Shown: one piece after another, positions 40,197 to 50,978 of the stretch
Numbering within the stretch: the stretch's first letter is position 1
How the letters are laid out: each line of letters begins with the position of its first letter
Assembly: GCA_031274925.1 (NCBI GenBank)
Contig: JAISPL010000037.1
Coordinates: 1,231 to 65,230, forward strand
Length of the DNA stretch: 64,000 bases
Direction of reading: 5' to 3'
Source: Syntrophobacterales bacterium
GTDB lineage: Bacteria > Desulfobacterota > Syntrophorhabdia > Syntrophorhabdales > Syntrophorhabdaceae
Notes under the pieces: model-generated
The model's input: the letters and a program-made list of their open reading frames with translations, nothing else
What the model was told of the DNA's origin: nothing
Databases searched by the model: none
Translations under genes and position numbers: made by a program

Positions 40197-41217
40197 TTTC
40201 AACCTCCAGATGGAGTTTCTTCTCAATCCGCTTCATCGCAGCAAAAAGTTTCGGCAATCTTTTCAGATAGCCCTGGAGTTTTGCCCACTCTCTGTGGGGC
40301 ATATGAGGCGTACCCAAAATCAGTGAGTTTTCGGATACGTTACTCGTGATACCTGTTCCTCCGCCTGCTTTTACATTATCGCCGACCGTGACATGATCTC
40401 TAACCCCCGCCTGGCCAGCAAGCACCACATTCCTACCGATGACCGCACTCCCCGCGATACCCACCTGGGAAACAATGATAGAGTTTTCACCCACGGAGAC
40501 GTTATGGGCGATCTGCACAAGATTATCTATCCTTACCCCTTTCCCTATCAAAGTCTTTCCGAGAGACGCCCTGTCAATGGTTGTATTTGCCCCTATTTCC
40601 ACATCGTCTCCTATTTCCAGAGCACCAAGCTGAGGAATCTTCGCATGGCTCTTCCCGTCCCACATGTAACCGAACCCATCGGCCCCCAGCACCGCCCCCC
40701 CATGGACTGTTACTCTTTTGCCAATGACCGTTCCATCGTACACAGTCACGTGGGGATGGATAGTGCTTCCCTCCCCTATTCTCACATTTGCCCCTATATA
40801 AACAAAAGGGTATATGGTCACATTCCGCTCAATGACGGTACCTTTTTCTATACAGGCGTATGGATAGATCGAGACCCCATCAGAAATAGCCGCACCATCA
40901 GAAACCACGGCCAGAGGATGTATTTTTTTTATGTGCTCTCGTGGCGAGTCAAACAGCTCGGCGATTGTCAAATATGCAAAGGAAGGGTTCTTCACTACGA
41001 CCAGATTCCTTCCTTTTAAGCCTTCAACGTCTGTTCCTTCTCCTATAACAATAGCAGACGCTCTGCATCCCGTCAGAAGCTTCCTGTATGCAGGATTGGT
41101 AAGAACAGCTATCTCACCTTCCTTCGCCTCCCCAATCGTCGAAATACCGGAAAGGAGCACATCCTCTCCAAGAAGATGTCCCCCTACCTGTGCCGCAATT
41201 TCCTTAAGACCGATCAT
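40183..41217 (-). CDS. lpxD: UDP-3-O-acylglucosamine N-acyltransferase
   Basis: 344 aa. N-terminal uridine-binding domain followed by long hexapeptide repeats. Confidence 0.9.
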   Translation of the reverse strand: MIGLKEIAAQVGGHLLGEDVLLSGISTIGEAKEGEIAVLTNPAYRKLLTGCRASAIVIGEGTDVEGLKGRNLVVVKNPSFAYLTIAELFDSPREHIKKIHPLAVVSDGAAISDGVSIYPYACIEKGTVIERNVTIYPFVYIGANVRIGEGSTIHPHVTVYDGTVIGKRVTVHGGAVLGADGFGYMWDGKSHAKIPQLGALEIGDDVEIGANTTIDRASLGKTLIGKGVRIDNLVQIAHNVSVGENSIIVSQVGIAGSAVIGRNVVLAGQAGVRDHVTVGDNVKAGGGTGITSNVSENSLILGTPHMPHREWAKLQGYLKRLPKLFAAMKRIEKKLHLEVENGRD

Positions 41218-41753
41218 TTCTTTGTAGCAGGCTTTTTCCTTGAAGCCTCGTTATAGAGGGTAATGACTTTACTCGTCACATCCAGACTCGGACTACCAAA
41301 CAGAATTCCAGCCTGGCTCTTCTCCAAAACCATAGAGTATCGCTCTTTTTCGCCCATACTTTTCACAACTTCTTCGAGCTCTTTCAGTATCTTTTGGGTA
41401 AATTCCATATCCTTTTGCTGTAACTCCCCCTGGTAGTCATTTGCCAGTCTCTGGTAGTCCTTCAGCTTGGCCTGATACTGTTTATCCTTCTCGGCCCTCG
41501 CTTCTGACGTTATCATCGCACCCTGTTTTTCCATCGCATCCTTCAGTTTCTGCAACTCATCCTGCTTGGCGTCAAGATTTTTTTTCAGTTTCTCGGCCTC
41601 ATCCGTAAGTGATTTCTTCGCTTCTTTGCCCTTCTCTGACTCAAGCATTACCATTTGAAGATCGACATATACGACATTCAATGACTGGGCGAGAGCAGTC
41701 ATAGGAAGACAAAACATCACGGCTACTGCCACAACGATAGATACCTTTTTCAT
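41214..41753 (-). CDS. skp: periplasmic chaperone Skp/OmpH
   Basis: 179 aa. Signal peptide (..PMTALAQS) and a Lys/Glu/Gln-rich coiled-coil body. It occupies the canonical position between bamA and lpxD. Confidence 0.85.
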   Translation of the reverse strand: MKKVSIVVAVAVMFCLPMTALAQSLNVVYVDLQMVMLESEKGKEAKKSLTDEAEKLKKNLDAKQDELQKLKDAMEKQGAMITSEARAEKDKQYQAKLKDYQRLANDYQGELQQKDMEFTQKILKELEEVVKSMGEKERYSMVLEKSQAGILFGSPSLDVTSKVITLYNEASRKKPATKK

Positions 41754-41765
41754 ATATCCTCCAGT

Positions 41766-44114
41766 TTAGTACTGTGTACCCATTGTAAAATCAAACACAC
41801 TCCCTTTTTCGTCTTTCTGCGGATTCAGGTTGAATCCGAGTTCTACCCTGATCGGCCCCATAGGTGAAAACCACCTGAGACCAACACCAGCGGTTTTTTT
41901 TGCACCGCTTAAGACCCAACCGCCACTCCCTTCAAATCCTGAACCCACGTCAAAGAACAGGACTCCTTTTATTCCCGCAGGCTGATAGATCGGATAAATC
42001 CATTCGAAGTTGAAAAACAACTGGTTCGAAGCACCTATCGGATCACCATTTGTGTCTCTCGGCCCAGCATATCCGTATTTGAAACCTCTTACAGTATTTA
42101 TGCCACCCACATAAAATTTCTCGTAAAGAGGGAGCATCTTACCGCCGTAAGGCCTCAATATGCCCGCTGTCCCCCGCACAAAAAAGATGCTTTCCCAGAA
42201 TCCTGTCGGTATATACATGGAATATGCGCCAGCTCCTCTCTGAAACTGATTATCTCCAAAGAAGGGGCCACCCGCCAATTCGTAGCTTATCTCATATCTT
42301 GAACCTCTCGTGGGATTCATAATGTTGTCTATCCTGTTGCTGAGAAGGCTCACAGCAACACTGCTTGTGGCTAAAGTCCCCTCCTGTTCTCTAATGGTTG
42401 GACTCGCATTGAAATCAATATTGGTCACTTGGGTTTTTTCGTACCTGTATCTCAAGCCCGCCTTAATGAAGTCGGTGAGTGGCCTCAGGAACTGAACGCT
42501 TCCTCCGATCTGCTTGTAATCGTAATTGTCCATGATTCTTCTGAAGTTGAACGCTGAAAAAGCTGCAGAGATATTCCGGTCAAAAAGATACGGCTCCACA
42601 AATGTCAACCTGAATTGCTGCGTAATGCCACCAACGGAAGCAGTAAGAAATGCTTTTCTACCTGTGCCGAGAAGATTCTCCTGAGACACAGCCCCTGTGA
42701 CGATGGGGCCTTCCGCAGTGCTGTATCCTACACCCATATTCATGCTACCAGTCGGTTTTTCTTCTACTCTGACATCAATGTTAACCTTGTCTGGTTCGTC
42801 GGTCTTCGCGATCTTCATATCCACATCTTTAAAATACGTGGTGTTGATCAACAGCATTCTGCCTCTCTTCAACTTAGAAGCAGAAAATCTGTCCCCTTCG
42901 GCCAGTCTCATCTCTCTTCTCACCACCTTATCCCGCGTTCTGATATTGCCGAACACGTTGATCCGATTTACAAAAATTTCATGCCCTTTTGCGAACTCAA
43001 AGGTAAGATCGACAGTCTTCATTTCGTCATTTATTGAGGTAAGCGGGGTTACGTCACAAAAAGCGTATCCTTTGTCCTGATAAAGGTCGGTAAAGGTAAG
43101 TATATCGTTCTGGTAAGACGAAGCACTGAAGGCTTGTCCCGTTTTGGTTTTCATCACCTTCAAGAGCATCACATCATCATAGAGCAGGTCACCTGTAAAT
43201 TTTATCGCTCCTGTCTTATAAAGTTCGCCTTCGTCAATGGGTATTGTTACGCTTATCGATTTTCCATCTTTCGAAACAGTTACATCGGGAACCTTGACTT
43301 TCACTTTTACATAACCGTTGTCGTGGTAATACGCTTCCAGACGTTTCCTATCATCTTCAAGGCTCTCCTCATCAAGAATACCGGATCCGGTGACCCACGA
43401 GAGTATGCCTTTCTCTCTCACTTTCATTACCGATTTAAGTTTATCGGCTTTAAACGCATTTATGCCTGTGAACTCTATCTTCCGCACATATGCCTTTTCT
43501 GGTTCGTCAATGAGAAACCTAACAACCGCCCGGTAGCCTTCTTCGTACGAAATCTCGTAACCTACTTTCGCGGCGTAATAACCCTTGCTACCGTACAACT
43601 TCCGTATTTCATCCATGCTTTCTTTTATCTTCTCGATGTTAAGTACAGTGTTGGTCCTTATCTTAAGCTTCCCTCTTATCTCCGATGTCTTTACCTGCTT
43701 GTTGCCTGACACGTAAATCGCCTGTATTGGCGCTCTTTCTATTACTACAAAGGTGACGATCTTCCCATTGTCTGAATCCTTCACATCAATCTGGACGTCG
43801 CTGAAAAAACCAGTCCTATAGATGCTTTTCATATCTTCCCTGATTTTTTCGAGATTGAAGGGATCATTTTCTTTGGTTTTAATGGCATTAGCTATGAATC
43901 CTTTATCAACACTCTCGTTGCCGGTTATTTCGATCTTGACAATCTTCTCTGTTTCCTGGGGCTTGGCAAACTCCTCCCGTATCCAGGTCTCCGGGGGCTT
44001 TATAATCTCCTCCTCCATTACCGCGTCCTTTGCCAATCCGGCCACAGGTAATATCACCGAGAGAAGACATAAAAATATTATCAAGCTTTTCATCGTGCAG
44101 CTTGGGAAAGTCAT
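41766..44114 (-). CDS. bamA: outer membrane protein assembly factor BamA
   Basis: 782 aa. Signal peptide, POTRA repeats, and a C-terminal beta-barrel ending in an aromatic residue (..FDFTMGTQY). The start may be MKSLIIF at 44093. Confidence 0.9.
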   Translation of the reverse strand: MTFPSCTMKSLIIFLCLLSVILPVAGLAKDAVMEEEIIKPPETWIREEFAKPQETEKIVKIEITGNESVDKGFIANAIKTKENDPFNLEKIREDMKSIYRTGFFSDVQIDVKDSDNGKIVTFVVIERAPIQAIYVSGNKQVKTSEIRGKLKIRTNTVLNIEKIKESMDEIRKLYGSKGYYAAKVGYEISYEEGYRAVVRFLIDEPEKAYVRKIEFTGINAFKADKLKSVMKVREKGILSWVTGSGILDEESLEDDRKRLEAYYHDNGYVKVKVKVPDVTVSKDGKSISVTIPIDEGELYKTGAIKFTGDLLYDDVMLLKVMKTKTGQAFSASSYQNDILTFTDLYQDKGYAFCDVTPLTSINDEMKTVDLTFEFAKGHEIFVNRINVFGNIRTRDKVVRREMRLAEGDRFSASKLKRGRMLLINTTYFKDVDMKIAKTDEPDKVNIDVRVEEKPTGSMNMGVGYSTAEGPIVTGAVSQENLLGTGRKAFLTASVGGITQQFRLTFVEPYLFDRNISAAFSAFNFRRIMDNYDYKQIGGSVQFLRPLTDFIKAGLRYRYEKTQVTNIDFNASPTIREQEGTLATSSVAVSLLSNRIDNIMNPTRGSRYEISYELAGGPFFGDNQFQRGAGAYSMYIPTGFWESIFFVRGTAGILRPYGGKMLPLYEKFYVGGINTVRGFKYGYAGPRDTNGDPIGASNQLFFNFEWIYPIYQPAGIKGVLFFDVGSGFEGSGGWVLSGAKKTAGVGLRWFSPMGPIRVELGFNLNPQKDEKGSVFDFTMGTQY

Positions 44115-44894
44115 ACCTTCACTACGCTTCCGTCAAAATTTCCACAATTAGCAAAACTAACAAAAAAACATCTCATTGTAAAGTAAAAAGACAGGCGGTC
44201 GACTTACCCACGCATCCTCGTCAATACGGTTCACGACTGTTTGCCTGGAACCAACTTCCACAACCATTACCAAATTTCTAATCTCTATAATTGACCTCCA
44301 TGGATACGTTCGCTCCTAGGGTAATAGACCATATGGCCCTCAAAACAATTGCTACGCGCATGGTGGTGTCATTTTTCCTTAGAATAAACGGGAGCAAAGC
44401 CAATAACAAGAGATTTCCGAATCAGGTGTTCGTCAAGCTCTCCCATCCGGTTACCTATTCGTCTGCTATACCGTTGAAATGATTGATATCTCTGGTCTCT
44501 TTATACAAAAAACATGATCTGTTTCAGTATCGGGCACATTGCCGATCAATGTAGCTGCGTCGGTAATTGTGACGGTCCCGGAGATCACCGCACCGAGGCA
44601 TATCTCGACGTAATATTTGGATCAACGTCAACTGCGGCTAACAAACAATGGCAAAGAGGGCAAGAAGACTGATCTTACTGAGGCTGACCTGTGTGGCGTC
44701 AAGCTGATCAATGCCGTAATTCACGCCCACTATTACCTTCTCTTCATTCAACATAAACTCAACAGCCAACACCGATCAGTTTTCCCGCTAAACCAGTTAG
44801 ACATATCGGTATCGTTGTACAAGCTTCATTGTCAATACCGGGTGTACTTTTGGAAACACGGCAGCTTCGCTCCTGTTTCTAAAACGGTCCGCCG

Positions 44895-45605
44895 TTAAAT
44901 CGCAAGATAGGTCTTCCTAACATAGTCATCTCTGATAAGATCTTCGCTATTTCCCTCCCGAACGATCTTTCCATGCTCAAGAACGTATGTTCTTTCTGTA
45001 ATTGTAAGGGTATGGTTCACATTCTGCTCCACAAGCAGAATGGTTACCCCCCTTTCATGGATCATCTTTATTACATCAAATATCTGGAGTACGATGGATG
45101 GTTGAAGCCCAAACGACGGCTCATCAAGGACAATCAGTCTGGGATTGCTCATGAGCGCCCTTCCGATACAAAGCATCTGTCTCTCCCCGCCGCTCAACGT
45201 CTTCGCCTGCTGCTTAAGCCTCTCCTTCAGGCGAGGAAACATTACGAAGATCTCTTCCAATGTCTCGTCAGTATGATTTTTCCTTATATAACCACCGAGA
45301 TAGAGGTTGTCATAGACGGACATGTCCGGGAATACCTTCGCGCCCTCTGGCACTATAGCTATACCTTGCCCTATGATCTTTTCGGTCCTCATGGATGTTA
45401 GGTCAGCGCCGTTGAAAAATATGCCGGAAGCTGGTCCTCTCCTGGATACTTTGACGAGGCCCAGGATCGAATTGAGGAGGGTTGATTTCCCCGCACTATT
45501 AGGACCGATAATGGAGACAAGCTCACCCTCCCTTATCTTTGCGTTAATGTCGAAGAGGACCTGAACATCGCCATAAAATGCATCTATATGTCTTACTGAG
45601 AGCAT
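44895..45605 (-). CDS. livF: branched-chain amino acid ABC transporter ATP-binding protein
   Basis: 236 aa. Walker A GPNSAGKST, signature LSGGERQ, Walker B LIVLDEPS. Confidence 0.85.
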   Translation of the reverse strand: MLSVRHIDAFYGDVQVLFDINAKIREGELVSIIGPNSAGKSTLLNSILGLVKVSRRGPASGIFFNGADLTSMRTEKIIGQGIAIVPEGAKVFPDMSVYDNLYLGGYIRKNHTDETLEEIFVMFPRLKERLKQQAKTLSGGERQMLCIGRALMSNPRLIVLDEPSFGLQPSIVLQIFDVIKMIHERGVTILLVEQNVNHTLTITERTYVLEHGKIVREGNSEDLIRDDYVRKTYLAI

Positions 45606-46327
45606 ATTCTCTCCCCAAGGTATGCAGTGATAACCTTCTCGTCGCTACATACTTCATAGGGGGTTCCCTCCGCTATCTTTTCCCCATAATTGAGCACAAT
45701 CGTTCTGCCGCATACACCCATTATCGCCTTCATTATGTGTTCAACAATGACTAGGGTCTTGCCTCTTCTTTTCAATTCACGGACGATATCCATACCTTCC
45801 TCAAGCTCCATTGGGTTGAGGCCCGCGAGATTTTCATCCATAAGGATCACTTCCGCCCCGGTTCCAAGGGCACGTGCAAGTTCCAGTTTTCTTCTTTTCG
45901 GGAGAGATATAGCGGCAGAGTGCATATCTTTCACATCGCTGATCCCCAGAAACTCCATGATCTCATCCGCCTTCTTTTTGGATTCTTTTTTATTAAGACC
46001 CTGCCCAAACATAAGGGCCACCATAATATTTTCTTTCACAGTCAAAGCAAGAAAAGGGTGAACTATCTGGGATGTCTTCGTGATTCCCATCCTGCAGATA
46101 TCGTGGGGTAAAAGGTGTTTTATGCTTCGACCCCTGAACGTTATATCCCCGCCGTCTGACTTATAGATACCTACGATGACGTTGAACAGGGTGGTCTTGC
46201 CTGCCCCGTTAGGTCCAATGATTCCGAGAATCTCATTCTCTTCAACATTGAAGGTCACGTTGTTCAAAGCTTTTAATGCCCCAAATGTTTTACACAAAAC
46301 CCTTATCGACAGAATACTGCTGCTCAT
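45593..46327 (-). CDS. livG: branched-chain amino acid ABC transporter ATP-binding protein
   Basis: 244 aa. Walker A GPNGAGKTT and Walker B ILMDENLAGLNP. Confidence 0.85.
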   Translation of the reverse strand: MSSSILSIRVLCKTFGALKALNNVTFNVEENEILGIIGPNGAGKTTLFNVIVGIYKSDGGDITFRGRSIKHLLPHDICRMGITKTSQIVHPFLALTVKENIMVALMFGQGLNKKESKKKADEIMEFLGISDVKDMHSAAISLPKRRKLELARALGTGAEVILMDENLAGLNPMELEEGMDIVRELKRRGKTLVIVEHIMKAIMGVCGRTIVLNYGEKIAEGTPYEVCSDEKVITAYLGERICSQ

Positions 46328-47250
46328 TTCCTAACCCTTTTTAGAGAAATAAGCCCTGTAATCCCTCTCGGCAGAAATATAACAATGAACAAAATTATGA
46401 ATCCAAGAATCAGAAGATATGTGTAAAGAAACCTAGCGCCGATTACCTCATTGGCGATACTCAGCATGGTTGCCCCGAGTACGGGACCGAAGACAGTCCC
46501 CGTCCCGCCGAGGAGTGCCATGACGATCATCTGTATGGTGTGGATCACGCTGAATACATCGTTAGGACTGATATAGGTCAGCCAGTACGCATTGATCCCT
46601 CCCAGAACCCCGATCATCGCAGACGTAAGGGCGTATACCAACACCTTACAACGCTGCGTATCAATGCCAGCTAGTTCAGCCGAATCCTCAGCCTCTTTGA
46701 TAGCTTTGAGGGCATACCCAAATTTATGCCCGTTAATAATGTAGACGGTGAGAACAATGAGGAACGCTGTCGCCAGAAACGTGTAATAGAAGAAAGGCTC
46801 GCCATGGGCGATAGGCAAAGTGATCCCATGGCTTCCCTCAAAGAGGGTCATTTTAAACGTTCTGTCAGACTCAAGAACAATCTGTTTTGCCGCTTCCGCA
46901 AAAGCCAGGGTGGCGATCCCAAAGTAAGCTCCCCGGAGTTTCATGGTATATCTTCCAATAAAAAGGGCAATGGCTCCAGAGAGAATACCTCCCGTGAACA
47001 CCGCAGGAAAGAAATCGACTCCCCCTCTAGCCATAAGAAGGGCAGTGGCGTAGTTTCCTATGCCGAAATAGCCAACAGCGCCAAAATCGATATACCCTGT
47101 AAAACCCGAGGTGAGATTCCAAGCAGAAGCGAGACCTACCCACAGAAATATCATGGAAAGGACTCTGTAATAGTATCCCTCTAACTGAAGCAATGGGAAC
47201 AGGGCCAACAGAAAGGCTATGGCGGGCCAGACATACGCCTTTGGTTTCAT
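46324..47250 (-). CDS. livM: branched-chain amino acid ABC transporter permease
   Basis: 308 aa, polytopic, with a LivM-type GY.DFGAVGYFGIGNY segment. It is translationally coupled to its neighbours. Confidence 0.8.
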   Translation of the reverse strand: MKPKAYVWPAIAFLLALFPLLQLEGYYYRVLSMIFLWVGLASAWNLTSGFTGYIDFGAVGYFGIGNYATALLMARGGVDFFPAVFTGGILSGAIALFIGRYTMKLRGAYFGIATLAFAEAAKQIVLESDRTFKMTLFEGSHGITLPIAHGEPFFYYTFLATAFLIVLTVYIINGHKFGYALKAIKEAEDSAELAGIDTQRCKVLVYALTSAMIGVLGGINAYWLTYISPNDVFSVIHTIQMIVMALLGGTGTVFGPVLGATMLSIANEVIGARFLYTYLLILGFIILFIVIFLPRGITGLISLKRVRK

Positions 47251-48116
47251 TCTACAATCCCCTTCCCCATAATACCGCGCGGCTTAAGGATAAGTATGAT
47301 AAAAAGAAGAATAAAGGTAACCGCCACCGAAAGGCCGGAATTGAGGTATGTGGCGGTAAGCGACTGGATCACTCCGAGAAGTATCCCTCCCACAAGAGCC
47401 CCGGGGATATACCCCATGCCACCAAGGACTACCACGCAAAACGCGATAATCGTGTACGGCAACCCCATCTGCGGGTAGATAACAAAGTATGTGGACAGGA
47501 GCCCCCCCGCCATACCGGTAATTGCCGCCCCCACAGCAAACGTCAGGGCATACACTGCCTTGACATCAATCCCGACAAGCCTGGCCATCTCTTTATCTTG
47601 GCTTGCAGCCCTTATCGCCTTGCCGTATCTTGTCTTCTCAAGAAAAAGATACATACCGAAAGTCGTTAGAATTGCGATAACAAAGGTAACGAAACGCGCA
47701 ATCGGAACCGTTATGGGTCCAAGGGAAAATCCCGTACCCGAATACTCTGTAGTCACGGTCCTGAAATCAGCGCTCCAGAGCAGAAGTGCGAGATTGGCAA
47801 GGATCAGGTGCACTCCGAAGGTGCATATGTAGGAGATCATGGGAGGGGACTCAACCACCCTATTGATAAGTATTCGCTGGATGACGTACCCCATAGCTCC
47901 TACCGAGATCATTGATAGCGGGAGACTCAGGAACGGATCAATGCCATAAAGCGTAAAAACCCAGTAGGCATTGAAGGCACCGATCATAATGAGTTCACCA
48001 TGGAAAATGTTCACAATGTTCATTACGCCGAATATGAGGGAAAAACCGCTGCTGTATACGGCGTACACACCTCCCATGAGGAGTCCGTTAATCAGCGCCT
48101 GAACAAAAAGCGTCAT
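47247..48116 (-). CDS. livH: branched-chain amino acid ABC transporter permease
   Basis: 289 aa. N-terminus LFVQALINGLLMGGVYA is typical of LivH. Confidence 0.8.
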   Translation of the reverse strand: MTLFVQALINGLLMGGVYAVYSSGFSLIFGVMNIVNIFHGELIMIGAFNAYWVFTLYGIDPFLSLPLSMISVGAMGYVIQRILINRVVESPPMISYICTFGVHLILANLALLLWSADFRTVTTEYSGTGFSLGPITVPIARFVTFVIAILTTFGMYLFLEKTRYGKAIRAASQDKEMARLVGIDVKAVYALTFAVGAAITGMAGGLLSTYFVIYPQMGLPYTIIAFCVVVLGGMGYIPGALVGGILLGVIQSLTATYLNSGLSVAVTFILLFIILILKPRGIMGKGIVE

Positions 48117-48119
48117 GCG

Positions 48120-49349
48120 CTACTTTCTTTCCTTCCACGGTTTCGCAGGATAGACCGGTGGCTTCTCCTGAGCCTCCTTTGGAAAGACCGTGGCCAATCT
48201 TCCGCTCTGCACCTGGACGGCCACAGGGGGATGCTCGACGTTGGCCCCGTCAGGACCGAATTTAATCTTGCCATATACGGTCGAAACATCCATTTTATGG
48301 AGCTCCTCCATTAACTTTACCCTATCCGCTGCCCCGAGAGGAGGCGTAAAGCCAAGCTTTTCGATGGCCCATTGCTGAACAAGGGCTCCTCCGATAGAGG
48401 CGACCTCGACATAGTCAGGATATCGGTTGAATCTCTTGAAATATTTCTCGTTCAATTCCTTTGCCGTCCCGAACACCGCATCTTTATACAGCAAGTTGGG
48501 GGCCCATTCCGCAGCCGCCACCACATATTCCGCGTCTTTACCGAGGGATTTTATGAAATCTGGAACTGTAGGCCCGTAGCTGAACGCCACCATTTTAGGC
48601 GTGAAATCGACCTCTTTCAGCGCTTTCATAACATTGAGCGCGACTTTGAGATGAGACCCAACGAGGAGTATGTCGGGGTTCTTCTGTTTCACTTTGAAAA
48701 GCAATGAATTGTAGTCGTCCAAACTTAGAGGAAAGAGCTCATAATAGACTACGTCTACGCCCTTCGCCTTACAGTATTGCTTGAACCCTTCCGCCGCAAG
48801 GGAAGTGAACAGGATATCGGAACCGATAATGGCCGCCGTCTTCGGTCTGGGATTCAGAATATCCACGATCTCGACACAGCCTCGCACTTCCTCGGTTGCC
48901 TTTCCTAGGGTCGAAAAATAATATTTGAAGTTCCTTTCAAAAAGCTTGTTCGAGCTAGCACCCCCACTGATCATGGGGTACTTGTACTTCTCGGAAATGA
49001 CGCTGGCCGCGAACACCGAATCACTCCCAAACCCTCCGAGGATAAGATCGACTTTTTCAAGGGTGGCAAGTCTCTCCACCAATTTGGCGCTCTCGGCTTT
49101 ATCGCTCTTATCGTCAAAAAACAGAAGCTCGACAGGATATTTCTTTCCTTTGACGGTAATACCCCCCTTGGCATTTATAGTTTCAGCCCAGTAAGTATAC
49201 GCATCCTTCACAAGATTCCCATCCCTTCCAAAAACCCCCGTCAGAGGAATAGCGCATCCGATCTTGAATTTCGCCTGCTGCGCAAAGCCGGATGCTGGCA
49301 CAAGGAGAGCCATGACCAAACCAATCAACGCGATCTTCCAATATCTCAT
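48120..49349 (-). CDS. livK: ABC transporter substrate-binding protein (LivJ/K family)
   Basis: I prefer the start MRYWKIALIG.. (ATG 49349, SD GGAGGT) with signal peptide ..ASGFAQQ. Periplasmic binding protein type I fold. Confidence 0.8.
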   Translation of the reverse strand: MRYWKIALIGLVMALLVPASGFAQQAKFKIGCAIPLTGVFGRDGNLVKDAYTYWAETINAKGGITVKGKKYPVELLFFDDKSDKAESAKLVERLATLEKVDLILGGFGSDSVFAASVISEKYKYPMISGGASSNKLFERNFKYYFSTLGKATEEVRGCVEIVDILNPRPKTAAIIGSDILFTSLAAEGFKQYCKAKGVDVVYYELFPLSLDDYNSLLFKVKQKNPDILLVGSHLKVALNVMKALKEVDFTPKMVAFSYGPTVPDFIKSLGKDAEYVVAAAEWAPNLLYKDAVFGTAKELNEKYFKRFNRYPDYVEVASIGGALVQQWAIEKLGFTPPLGAADRVKLMEELHKMDVSTVYGKIKFGPDGANVEHPPVAVQVQSGRLATVFPKEAQEKPPVYPAKPWKERK

Positions 49350-49831
49350 AACCGACCTCCTTTGTTTTTTTATCACAATCGTCCCTTGCCGTCCACTTAT
49401 ACCCATCTCAACATAGCAATCTCTTCATCGAGAAATAATTTTATAGAATCCATTCTCGACTTGTCATTTTCGAAGAAGGAATCCTTTTTCGATCTAAACC
49501 ATAAGAGCGCATATAGCCGGAAGAAACCTACATTCACACTCACATTGCCAGCCCCATACTCACGTATGCATTCTGGACTGCTTTTCCGCCATCTGCTGCA
49601 AGACAGGCAGAGTGGCCGAGTTAGTCCCGTTTTTCTCTCCTGTCAAGCAGGAGTCTGGCTCCGGCCAGCAGTCCCGTAGCATGACAACGATATGGTTCTT
49701 GCCGTTGCCGTTTAGCGACGGCCTCTTGCCATGCCTGTCATACAATTCAAAAAACTCCTTTAACTATACGTCTGTTACCTTGCCTTGTAGTCCCATCCCC
49801 TGCCTCCTTTATATGCTATCTGCCGTTTGGC

Positions 49832-49987
49832 TCATGATAACCATTCCTGATTCTTGCCGATCCCCGCAAGCTGGCAGTATATCTGTATCACCTCATCTTC
49901 GTCGAGGTTATCTGCGTTTCTAAGCTGATCCTCGTTTATGCCAAAAATATCACATAGTTTTTTGATATTAATTGTGCTTGGGGTCAT
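49832..49987 (-). CDS. possible 51-aa ORF resembling the C-terminal half of an XRE-type HTH domain
   Basis: My translation: MTPSTINIKKLCDIFGINEDQLRNADNLDEDEVIQIYCQLAGIGKNQEWLS*. It is below the ORF-track size cut-off and has no clear SD. Confidence 0.25.
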   Translation of the reverse strand: MTPSTINIKKLCDIFGINEDQLRNADNLDEDEVIQIYCQLAGIGKNQEWLS

Positions 49988-50978
49988 ACGATCCCTTTCC
50001 AATGCGGTCACTTTGGCTTACCTGACTTGTGGGCTACCCGGTATACCCAGCCTTTCCTCAGGCTAGGCCTGAGATATGCTCAACATCTTAATCTTTTGCC
50101 GTTTGGATACCTGTCTACCATCATTTCATTTTGTCATGCCATATTCTCCATTAGCTGATCCTGGGATCAACGGATCTATTAAGGTCACACGCCGGATAGC
50201 CCATTTAAGTATATATCTGATGATGGCAGCAGGCTACAAACATCTATGATCACACCGCTTGTGCAGGTACAATAGATCACATCTTTGTCAGGACCCCTTG
50301 CCCTCGCGCTGACCCGATAAACCTCACGCCCTTCGCCCTGAGGCCGGACAGCATCACTCTGTTCAATTTCCGTTCTGCTTTATATGAAGACAGTTTGCTG
50401 CACGCAAGACATAGGAAACAAAGAAGATACATGTGCCCAGGGATAGACTTCCCTGCTCTCATCTATTATTCTATGGTACAATCGTCCTCGCAACTTTTCA
50501 TAATGCCAGGCAAAGGTACCTTGAATCCAAGCTTTGTCCTGTCTCTGAACAGAAGATGGCTCCATCCTATTTCCCGTCGATAGACAGCTTCAGTCTTCCG
50601 TAATTGTTTCTCATTTCCGGCAGAAACGCCATCGTGTCCTCCTTGAAACAATTAAAATGTAGGCGCAATTACTCAGATCATCACCATAACCGTATCTTAA
50701 GTTGCCGATGTTGACCCAGTTATGTGAAATCTGGGAGGAAAAGCATAAACTCTCGTTCTGCTGCACTTTGTACACCCTATCATTTCAAGATCATCTAAAA
50801 CCAACCGCAGTACAAAGTCAAACCCCTCACTTTCGTGGGAATCAATACATGGGAACCTCCCATGTGCAGAAGGGCTGCATTTCTTTGTTCGTTATGTTCT
50901 TTGCCAGGGACTGAATATGCGCATCACACCGCTTAAGACGGGATGTCTATCCGGTCTTTCATATTTGTCGTAACATCG

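Noticed and set aside
40393-41019. 208-aa plus-strand ORF
   Set aside because: It is antisense to lpxD. The repetitive hexapeptide coding on the other strand creates long open shadow frames.
49606-49680. tRNA-like 5' half: GGCAGAGTGGCCGAG (a class II tRNA D-arm look-alike) followed by a CTCCT-GTCAAGC-AGGAG hairpin with a CAA triplet in anticodon position
   Set aside because: There is no T-arm (no GTTCRANYC), no acceptor-stem complement downstream, and position 32 of the loop is atypical. At most it is a tRNA fragment, not a gene.
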